A DNA stretch of 64,000 bases from Planctomycetaceae bacterium UBA2972. GTDB taxonomy: Bacteria; Planctomycetota; Planctomycetia; Pirellulales; Pirellulaceae. The DNA is taken from NCBI GenBank assembly GCA_002348315.1, contig DEAW01000136.1:15211-79210 (forward strand). The letters are read 5' to 3'. Below the pieces are notes generated by a model, which worked only from the letters and a program-made list of their open reading frames with translations, did not search any database and was not told where the DNA came from. Shown piece by piece: positions 28,280 to 36,060 of the stretch. Position 1 is the first letter of the stretch, and each line of letters opens with the position of its first letter. The position numbers and the translations under genes are program-made.

Positions 28280-28471
28280 ACTGAGTGCTTTCTGCCTGGG
28301 CTATGAAGCAGAACCAGGAAGTGAAAGGGAGTGAAGTGGGAAGTTTGACTTTGGAGATTATAACGTACGATATCCGAGTCCAGTTTCCAGACTCAGCAAA
28401 TTCATGAATTGAACAATGGCTGAAGCTATAATGCAAACAACATACGCTGGACAAATTCGACGCCGGGCCTC

Positions 28472-31333
28472 ATGACTATTTGCCGCCTACTCATCAGTTT
28501 CTTACTCTGTCTGATAGTGACCGCTATCTCTGCGCAGGATGAATGGCCCTATACGCCTGTCGTGAAACCGGAAGTTCCCACTGTCGGCTTAAAGAATTGG
28601 GGACAGGGGGACTTAGATCGTTTTGTATTGGCGAAATTGGAATCCAGGCAGATAACACCTGCCGAACGTGCCGACAAAATCACCTTAGTGCGTCGGGTTT
28701 ACCTGGATCTTATTGGTCTGCCTCCTTCGTTGTCTGAGCAACAGCAGTTTCTCGAAGACGAAAGCCCGGATGCTTTTGCGAAACTCGTCAATCAATTACT
28801 GGATGACCAGCGGTATGGTGAACACTGGGCACGATATTGGCTGGATCTTGCGCGGTATGCAGATACGGCTGGTTACGAAGGTGACCCGGATTTGCCATTT
28901 GCCTGGCGTTATCGGGATTACGTTATTGACTCTCTTAATAGAGATAAGCCATACAACAGATTTATTCTGGAACAGTTGGCTGGAGACGAATTGGTGGATA
29001 TCACCGGTGCAGGTGAGTTGCCTAATCCACCGGCAGAAAACTTAGTTGCCATGACGTTTTTGCGGTTGGCTCCGTTTACAGAACCTCGTGGAGATGAATC
29101 GCGTCACGAGATGTTGAGCGAAATGACCACGACCGTGAGTAGCGTCTTTTTGGGACTCACCGTGGGCTGTGCAAAATGTCATGATCACAAGTATGATCCG
29201 ATTCCGACAAAAGATTTTTATCGCATGAAGGCCTTCTTTGCGACCGTCGCCATTCCCCCACCACGACGTGGAGATGGCTTTCAAATTGGAGGACCCACGC
29301 CCGCAGAATTCTATCGAGATGGCGAAGAAGATGCGATCGAGAAGAAACGCGATTTGTTGCAACAGGAAGCTGCGGATGCGAATCAAGAACGTGAAGAGAT
29401 TTTGGCTAAGTTTCGCAACCGTCTAAAACTTAGCCCCGGGTTTGGAATTCAGGCTCTCGGAGGACAGTTCGGAAATGATTATTTCTTTGATCAACAACAT
29501 GTAACTGACAATCAGACGCACACCACAGCAGTAACAGCTGGTAAATCGACCTGGGCATTCTATACCGATGGAAAACTATCGACAGATCAGGGGTCATTGG
29601 CCGGTGAGAATCGGGGACATTGGTACGCGGGACTCGAGGACCCTCAGTATGTGACACTGGGTGCTGCCACCAACGGTAGCGGTAGTTTCCAGGCCGCTCC
29701 GTTTAATGGCAAGCTGGCACAGATTATGGTCTTCGATAAAGTACTGAATGCCAAACAGTTGGAAATGCCCTGGCAGGAAATTGCGAAGTTAGATGGGCTG
29801 AGATTTTGGCTGGATGCTTCCGATCTGGATGCAGATCCGGATACGGCTAACCCTGAAGTTGGTCAGCCTGTGTCCCGTTGGCGGGATAAGGTGTCCGGCG
29901 TGGAATTGCGAGCCACTGAAGAGGATCTTCGTCCCGTCCTGTCGACCTTGAAGGATTCTGAGATTCCTGCCGTCGGCTTTGATGATGATTTTCTAAAAGG
30001 TTCCGCTGAAGATCTGCTCTTTCTGAAGGACGTAGCCGGTACGGTCGTTACCGTATTTAGTAGCGAGGACAATGACGAGTCGTACATATTCGAAGTGGGA
30101 GGTGACGGTCAGTTTATTACTACGTTTGTGAATCCCACTGCTCGTGGAGCTAACCGTCTGGAGGAATTGATTGCCTCAGGGGATCATTCAGACATCCCAC
30201 AGGAAGAACGTGAACGCTATCTGGATTTGGCAAACAAAGCGGACTTCCTGCCCCAACATCTTCGCCGCCTACAGCCCATGGCAATGACTTTACGACATTC
30301 CTTTGGGCCACCGTACGAACCGGGAGTACCCACTTCGAGAGTCATGGTTCGTGGCGAATGGGATAATCCGGGCGAAGTTGTGGAACCGGGATTTCTGAGT
30401 GCGGTGACTGGAAATCAGGATCCCGCTGAAATACGACTCGATACATTCAAACGCTGGCCGACGCGCAGTCGACGTAAAGCATTGGCTGATTGGATCGCCA
30501 GTAAAGAGAATCCATTGACGGCACGAGTGATGGTAAATCGTCTCTGGTACCGACATTTCGGCCGAGGCATTGTGGAAACACCAAGCGATTTTGGCAATCT
30601 CAGTGGAGGGCCATCTCATCCGGAATTATTAGATTATTTGGCGACTGAATTTGTCGAGCATGGTTGGAGCCTTAAACATATTCATCGGCTGATTTGTAAT
30701 AGTAGTACCTACCAGCAGCAAAGCGATGTGGAAAACCCAGCTGCTCACAATGCCGATCCGGAAAACGAATTACTGTGGAAATTTCCTATCAGACGTTTGG
30801 GTGCGGAGGTTGTGCGAGACAGCATCCTTGCAGTTTCGGGCCGGTTGAATACAGAGTCCTATGGGTTGCCGATCTTTCCGCCATTACCCGATGGTATTGA
30901 AGATCGAGTGAAGTACGATAACAGCAAATGGGCAACCCAATTTGGTTCGGAGGGTCGTCGGCGAAGTATCTACATTTATCAACAACGGACTCTCAATATG
31001 CCGTTGCTGCAGACATTCGATGCTCCGGTCTGCGACGAATCACGACCGCGTCGACGTGCAAGTACTACTGCATTACAAGCATTGGCAATGTACAACGGTC
31101 CGTTGGTGACCATGGAAGTCGAGCATTTTGCCGAGCGTGTATTGGAAGCGGCGGATGTGACTCCTGCCGGTAGAATCGCTCTGGCGATCCGCCTCGCCCT
31201 TGGTCGGGAAGCGACCGAGTTGGAATTGCAGGAGCTCGGAGAATACTATGCAACATTCGATGATGCTCGTCAGGCAATGATCAGTATCTGCCGTGTCCTG
31301 TATAACACCAGTGAATTTCTATATTTGGATTAG
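28472..31333 (+). CDS. DUF1549 (PSCyt2) / LamG-like / DUF1553 (PSD1) protein; lacks an N-terminal PSCyt1 heme motif
   Basis: Signal peptide is MTICRLLISFLLCLIVTAISAQ. DUF1549 block: RRVYLDLIGLPPS, YGEHWARYWLDLARYADTAGYEGD, RYRDYVIDSLNRDKPYNRFILEQLAGDE, GCAKCHDHKYDPIP. LamG-like insert: LAQIMVFDKVLNAKQLE, LRFWLDASDLD. DUF1553 block: NPLTARVMVNRLWYRHFGRGIVETPSDFG, HPELLDYLA, ICRVLYNTSEFLYLD. Confidence 0.9.
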   Translation: MTICRLLISFLLCLIVTAISAQDEWPYTPVVKPEVPTVGLKNWGQGDLDRFVLAKLESRQITPAERADKITLVRRVYLDLIGLPPSLSEQQQFLEDESPDAFAKLVNQLLDDQRYGEHWARYWLDLARYADTAGYEGDPDLPFAWRYRDYVIDSLNRDKPYNRFILEQLAGDELVDITGAGELPNPPAENLVAMTFLRLAPFTEPRGDESRHEMLSEMTTTVSSVFLGLTVGCAKCHDHKYDPIPTKDFYRMKAFFATVAIPPPRRGDGFQIGGPTPAEFYRDGEEDAIEKKRDLLQQEAADANQEREEILAKFRNRLKLSPGFGIQALGGQFGNDYFFDQQHVTDNQTHTTAVTAGKSTWAFYTDGKLSTDQGSLAGENRGHWYAGLEDPQYVTLGAATNGSGSFQAAPFNGKLAQIMVFDKVLNAKQLEMPWQEIAKLDGLRFWLDASDLDADPDTANPEVGQPVSRWRDKVSGVELRATEEDLRPVLSTLKDSEIPAVGFDDDFLKGSAEDLLFLKDVAGTVVTVFSSEDNDESYIFEVGGDGQFITTFVNPTARGANRLEELIASGDHSDIPQEERERYLDLANKADFLPQHLRRLQPMAMTLRHSFGPPYEPGVPTSRVMVRGEWDNPGEVVEPGFLSAVTGNQDPAEIRLDTFKRWPTRSRRKALADWIASKENPLTARVMVNRLWYRHFGRGIVETPSDFGNLSGGPSHPELLDYLATEFVEHGWSLKHIHRLICNSSTYQQQSDVENPAAHNADPENELLWKFPIRRLGAEVVRDSILAVSGRLNTESYGLPIFPPLPDGIEDRVKYDNSKWATQFGSEGRRRSIYIYQQRTLNMPLLQTFDAPVCDESRPRRRASTTALQALAMYNGPLVTMEVEHFAERVLEAADVTPAGRIALAIRLALGREATELELQELGEYYATFDDARQAMISICRVLYNTSEFLYLD

Positions 31334-31339
31334 AGCGAC

Positions 31340-32767
31340 ATGTTTTCCAGACGAAACCTGCTAGCTAACACCTTCAACGGTTTGGGGATGCTTGCGCTAA
31401 CGGATCTTCTGCAGGCAAACGAATCTACGGGGACGCGTCCTTTTGCACCTCGCGCCCAACACATTACTCGCAAAGCCAAACGATGCATTTTCCTGTTTAT
31501 GCAGGGGGGAGTCAGCCAAATGGACTCCTATGAATACAAGCCCGAATTGAATCGTTTGCATGGTAAACGTATCCCCGGGTCTCATAACGTACGAGGCGAA
31601 ATTCAGGGTAGAATTTCACACCCGCATTCACTTGTCGGTAGCCCGTTTAAGTTCAAACAGCACGGAGATTCTAAAAAGTACGTTTCCGAACTATTTCCAA
31701 AGATTGCTTCTCATGTGGATAAATTGGCATTTATTCATGGCATCGAGACCGACAATCCAAACCATGGCCCCTCGACGCTGCACGTTACAACTGGCAGCCA
31801 GTTTCCCGGCGGGGCATCGGTTGGTAGCTGGGTTACCTATGGATTAGGCACCGAAAATAATGACATGCCTGCCTATATGGTGATTCAGGATCCTCGGGGG
31901 GCGCCGGTCAATGGTGCTCATACCTGGGGTAACGGATTCTTACCCGCAGCTTATCAAGGTACGCTGCTGAGAAATGAAGGAACGCCCATTCTCAATTTGG
32001 ATCTGCAGCGCGGATTAGAGCGTGATCGACAGCGAGGGGAATTAGACCAACTTAGAAAATTAAATCAGCGTTATAGCGAGAGATTTCCGGGAGCCACGGA
32101 ACTAGAAGCAAGAATTGAGTCCTACGAATTGGCTTACCGCATGCAGGCAACCGCTCCGGAACTGGTCGATCTGTCTCAGGAACCTGAACATATTCATAGT
32201 CTGTACGGGCTGGATAATCCCAGAACGGCCGGATTTGGTAAACAGTGTCTAATGGCTCGCCGCCTGGCAGAAAGCGGAGTGCGTTACTCGATGGTGATTC
32301 ATGGAGTGCAAATTGGGGGAGACAGCTGGGATCATCATGGTGATGTCAAAGGCAGGATGATTCGTCAATCGTCAGAAGTCGATACGCCGGTAGCTGCATT
32401 ACTCACCGACTTACAACAGCGGGATATGCTGAAAGACACGCTTGTAGTCTGGGCATCGGAAATGGGACGCACGCCATTTGTCCCTGGTGGCATTGGTGGT
32501 TCGCCGGGCCGTGATCATAACAAGTATGGTTTGGTCATGTGGATGGCAGGCGGAGATGTACAGGGCGGAGTCACCGTTGGTGGTACCGATGACTTTGGGT
32601 TGCGAGCTGCCGACGAGCCGATCCATATTCGCAATGTGCATGCCACAATCCTCGACCTCATGGGACTCGACGATGAGCTACTACGTTATCTACATTCCGG
32701 ACGATATCGTCGATTGACGGACATCGGTGGTGAAGTTCTCCATCAGGTACGTCGGGGCGAGGCGTAG
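31340..32767 (+). CDS. DUF1501 protein (sulfatase/phosphatase-fold, Tat signal)
   Basis: It starts 6 nt after the upstream stop. It has a Tat-like SRRNLLANTFNGLGMLAL, then CIFLFMQGGVSQMDSYEYKPEL, WASEMGRTP, GRDHN and MWMAGGDVQGG. Confidence 0.9.
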   Translation: MFSRRNLLANTFNGLGMLALTDLLQANESTGTRPFAPRAQHITRKAKRCIFLFMQGGVSQMDSYEYKPELNRLHGKRIPGSHNVRGEIQGRISHPHSLVGSPFKFKQHGDSKKYVSELFPKIASHVDKLAFIHGIETDNPNHGPSTLHVTTGSQFPGGASVGSWVTYGLGTENNDMPAYMVIQDPRGAPVNGAHTWGNGFLPAAYQGTLLRNEGTPILNLDLQRGLERDRQRGELDQLRKLNQRYSERFPGATELEARIESYELAYRMQATAPELVDLSQEPEHIHSLYGLDNPRTAGFGKQCLMARRLAESGVRYSMVIHGVQIGGDSWDHHGDVKGRMIRQSSEVDTPVAALLTDLQQRDMLKDTLVVWASEMGRTPFVPGGIGGSPGRDHNKYGLVMWMAGGDVQGGVTVGGTDDFGLRAADEPIHIRNVHATILDLMGLDDELLRYLHSGRYRRLTDIGGEVLHQVRRGEA

Positions 32768-32788
32768 TCAGTCCATTGCTGTGCCGGC

Positions 32789-33157
32789 CTATTCTTTCGT
32801 GACAACCTGGCAACTGCTGCCCGGACCCTTGGGATGTACAAATGTGACTCGTACTCCATCGCCCCGGTTGTGAGCAATATCGGTACCGAATCGGAAGTTA
32901 CAGTTTCTTGCTTTCCGCAAAGTCGTCGTTAGATCCAACTCTGTTCCATTTGATTTACGAACGGAAAACTCAATCTTGAAATTCGAGATGCGGACGAGTC
33001 GTTGATATTGATTGACATTCACAATTTTCTCACCGTTGATCACGGTAATGATGTCACCTCGTTCCAGTTGGTACACTTCCGCAGCATTGGATTCAGCTAG
33101 TAAGCAACTCAATGGAGTAAGCAAGATCATAAGAGCAACGAATTTCAAAGGGGCCAT
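32789..33157 (-). CDS. Small secreted PDZ-like protein
   Basis: Signal peptide is MAPLKFVALMILLTPLSCLLAESNA. GDIITVINGEKIVNVNQYQRLV resembles the PDZ GD-x-I-x-x-[VI]NG strand-helix. GDGVRVTFVHPKGPGS, which resembles the carboxylate-binding-loop region, sits at the C-terminus. Confidence 0.55.
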   Translation of the reverse strand: MAPLKFVALMILLTPLSCLLAESNAAEVYQLERGDIITVINGEKIVNVNQYQRLVRISNFKIEFSVRKSNGTELDLTTTLRKARNCNFRFGTDIAHNRGDGVRVTFVHPKGPGSSCQVVTKE

Positions 33158-33160
33158 GGG

Positions 33161-33736
33161 TTATTCTCCAGCGGTTTCTTGTTGTAGTGATGCGATCCAT
33201 TTTAACGCAATTGCCTGATGATGTTTGATAAAGGCATCTTTTTCCTGACAGTATCTTTCAATATCGTGATTGCATTGGTTGGCGACCTGTCGTTTTAAGG
33301 TTTCGTATTGTCGAGCAATCTCGGGGTGACTACGGAGGTAATCGCGGAAAGCCAGGTGGCGGGACACCTCAATCGATCCTGTCTGAAAACTGTGGATGTT
33401 AAATAGACGCGGTAGCGTACCTAATGTGAAATAGCGACGTCCTGATATTCCATATTCTCCCCAGTACTGATAACCCCGTTCAATCAGTGTTGTCTGATGA
33501 GAATCCACTGCAGACGCAGAAGTTACTTCCAGCAGAATGTCGACGACCGGTTTGGCTGCCAGATTCTCAACCGATGTACTGCCGATGTGATGAGCCTGAA
33601 TCAGGCAATCGCCTAAGAGTGTCTGTAATTGTTGCACCTGGCTTTGATATTGCTGAGCCCATTCCCGTCGATGTTCGACGATGATGACCTGTTGATGTGG
33701 AATGTTGTCTTCAGTCATCGAAAAGTCCGGCAGCAA
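33161..33736 (-). CDS. GrpB family protein (UPF0157)
   Basis: It has HHIGSTSVENLAAKPVVDILLEV and RHLAFRDYLRSHPEIARQYETLK. An alternative start at M7 (33718) is possible. Confidence 0.85.
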   Translation of the reverse strand: MLPDFSMTEDNIPHQQVIIVEHRREWAQQYQSQVQQLQTLLGDCLIQAHHIGSTSVENLAAKPVVDILLEVTSASAVDSHQTTLIERGYQYWGEYGISGRRYFTLGTLPRLFNIHSFQTGSIEVSRHLAFRDYLRSHPEIARQYETLKRQVANQCNHDIERYCQEKDAFIKHHQAIALKWIASLQQETAGE

Positions 33737-33858
33737 GCTATCGTCGGTTCAGGGTGTAGATTGGTCGAGCTTAGATTGTACGATAACCCATGCTCTTGAA
33801 TGGTGCTACAATAACGTCTGAAGTTACCGCGACGCTGTTCTCACTCGGAGAAACTCCC

Positions 33859-34803
33859 ATGAAAAAAATTACCTTCAATGTATCCATCCTCTGCCTGATG
33901 GTCATGACCTGTACCGTCTTTGCTAAACATCGCGTGTTACTGCACGGGAAAGCGGGACTGCAGATTGTTGAGAAGGATGGATCTACTAGCTGGCAAATGC
34001 CCTTTGGCGGAATTCATGACATTCATGTTTTGAAGAATGGAAATGTCATGGTGCAGAAAAACATGGGAGAGGTCGTCGAAATTGATCGGGATTCGAAAGA
34101 AATTGTCTGGAGTTACAACAGTCGGACTGAAAATGGGAATGAGGGTAAGCGACTGGAAGTCCATGCATTTCAACCGTTGAAAAATGGAAACGTCATGATT
34201 GCTGAATCGGGCGTTGGGCGGATTATTGAAGTAAACCGCAAGGGTCAGGTCGTCAAGGAGACCAAATTGGTCGTAGATCATCCCCATCCTCATCGTGACA
34301 CGCGATTAGCACGACAACTTGATAATGGAAATTATCTGGTATGCCATGAAGGAGACGGGAAGATACGGGAGTATCATGCCAAATCAGGAAAAGTGATTTG
34401 GGAATACGAAGTCCCCTTGTTTCGTGATCGAGCACCAGGCCATGGCCCGGAGGCTTACGGAAATCAGGCTTTCTCAGCGTTGCGGCTGAAAAATGGAAAT
34501 ACCCTGATCGGCTGTGGGAACGGACATGCTGTACTCGAAGTAACACCTGAAAAGAAGGTCGTTTGGAAAATCGAACAAAAGGACCTGAAAGGAATCGTCC
34601 TGGCCTGGGTGACAACGCTGGAAGTACTGCCTAACGGAAACTATGTGATCGGGAATTGTCATGCAGGTCCCGGTCAACCCTTGCTCGTTGAGATTGAACC
34701 TAAGAGTAAGAAGGTTGTTTGGACATTCGATCGATTTGACGACTTTGGAAATAACGTGTCTAACTCACTCCTGCTTGATACTGCCGGGAAGTCTAATCGG
34801 TAA
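33859..34803 (+). CDS. Secreted beta-propeller repeat protein with recurrent x-N-G-N-hydrophobic blades
   Basis: ATG 33859 is preceded by GGAG and gives the signal MKKITFNVSILCLMVMTCTVFA. Five spaced repeats are present: KNGNVMV, KNGNVMIAESG, DNGNYLVCHEGDG, KNGNTLIGCGNG, PNGNYVIGNCH. W-x-[YF] follows in several (IVWSY, VIWEY, VVWKI, VVWTF). Confidence 0.7.
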   Translation: MKKITFNVSILCLMVMTCTVFAKHRVLLHGKAGLQIVEKDGSTSWQMPFGGIHDIHVLKNGNVMVQKNMGEVVEIDRDSKEIVWSYNSRTENGNEGKRLEVHAFQPLKNGNVMIAESGVGRIIEVNRKGQVVKETKLVVDHPHPHRDTRLARQLDNGNYLVCHEGDGKIREYHAKSGKVIWEYEVPLFRDRAPGHGPEAYGNQAFSALRLKNGNTLIGCGNGHAVLEVTPEKKVVWKIEQKDLKGIVLAWVTTLEVLPNGNYVIGNCHAGPGQPLLVEIEPKSKKVVWTFDRFDDFGNNVSNSLLLDTAGKSNR

Positions 34804-34832
34804 CGGGCTACGAAGGACGTGAAATTGCTTAG

Positions 34833-35135
34833 TGCGATGACAGCGTTTCGGAACCAATTGCTCGCATGTCTATCGATACTTCTATATGTAAAAGGCAATC
34901 TCATTGTGGAGACTGGCATCAGGGAGCAGGGCCACTACGGTATATTCCGGTGATCAATGGTACGGTCTTTGTGATTGGCTGGAATGCAGATTCGGTGGAC
35001 CATCGATGTGTGGTCGGTATTAATGACCTTGGTCCGGCTGAAGAATCTTATCATCGGGCTTCACTTTCCGTTGCCAATGGACGATTATTGGCACATACCC
35101 TTCGCGAGTTGATTTGTATCAAGAGCAACGACTAA
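34833..35135 (+). pseudogene. Relic of the C-terminal ~80 aa of a PQQ-like beta-propeller gene, paralogue of 8853..10400
   Basis: The frame is open only from 34833. The translation ...GDWHQGAGPLRYIPVINGTVFVIGWNADSVDHRCVVGINDLGPAEESYHRASLSVANGRLLAHTLRELICIKSND aligns by eye with the last blade of the 8853 protein (...VYVLKWNASQLNQEALVSISDLGPAGQTWTLSGLAYSQGRLYARTLKELICIDAR). No N-terminal ~450 aa equivalent is present upstream. Confidence 0.55.
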
Positions 35136-35998
35136 TGAAATCGTCTGAGAATCCGCTAACTTCACTGGATGATTGGGAAGATGATTTGTTGCGTCGCTAT
35201 CCGGAGGATCATGAACCGGGCAATGGTAAACAGACAGACGAATTTCGCAGCTATGACGATGCTCCGCCACATGTCCGTGAATTCTATCGACTCAATCACC
35301 TACACCAAACGGTCGAAATCAATCGCAGAAAACGGAACGAATTCCTTCCCCTCAGACGTCGCCGAATGGGAATCTGGGATGCGATGGAGTTTCTTAACAC
35401 ACTGGTTGACGATAGCGACCCGGATACCAGTCTGAGTCAAATTGAGCATTTGCTTCAAACATCAGAAGCGATTCGGGCAGACGGTCACCCACGGTGGTTT
35501 ATTCTGACAGGGCTCATTCATGATCTCGGAAAAATACTCTGCCTGTTTGATCAACCGCAGTGGTGTGTTACCGGTGATACCTTTGTCGTCGGTTGTGAAT
35601 TTGATTCGTCGATTGTTTATCACGATTTTTTTACAGCGAACCCCGATTCAAAAAACGAAAAATACAATTCCAAATTCGGAATCTACTCGCCTCATTGTGG
35701 GCTGCGAAATGTCATGTTGTCGTGGGGACATGATGAGTATATGTACAACGTCTGCAAAGATTATTTGCCCGATTCGGGATTGGCAATGATTCGGTATCAT
35801 TCTTTCTATCCGTGGCACAGCGAAGGAGCTTATGCCCATTTGATGGACGATTACGATCATCAAATGCTGGAATACGTAAAACTGTTTAATCCTTATGACT
35901 TGTATTCCAAGTCCGATGACCCGCCGGATGTAGAGCGTCTGCAGCCTTTTTATGAGCAGTTGATTGCCGAGTTCTTTCCGCCGGAAATATCGTGGTAG
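35135..35998 (+). CDS. myo-Inositol oxygenase (MIOX family)
   Basis: It has LIHDLGK, SWGHDEYMY, MIRYHSFYPWH and LFNPYDLYSK. There is no signal peptide. ATG 35135 overlaps the relic's TAA as TAATG. Confidence 0.85.
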   Translation: MKSSENPLTSLDDWEDDLLRRYPEDHEPGNGKQTDEFRSYDDAPPHVREFYRLNHLHQTVEINRRKRNEFLPLRRRRMGIWDAMEFLNTLVDDSDPDTSLSQIEHLLQTSEAIRADGHPRWFILTGLIHDLGKILCLFDQPQWCVTGDTFVVGCEFDSSIVYHDFFTANPDSKNEKYNSKFGIYSPHCGLRNVMLSWGHDEYMYNVCKDYLPDSGLAMIRYHSFYPWHSEGAYAHLMDDYDHQMLEYVKLFNPYDLYSKSDDPPDVERLQPFYEQLIAEFFPPEISW

Positions 35999-36060
35999 AT
36001 AATTCACCGGGGTTTTCCGGTATATTGAGAAACAGTGACATGATCTTCACAGGAAAGAGA

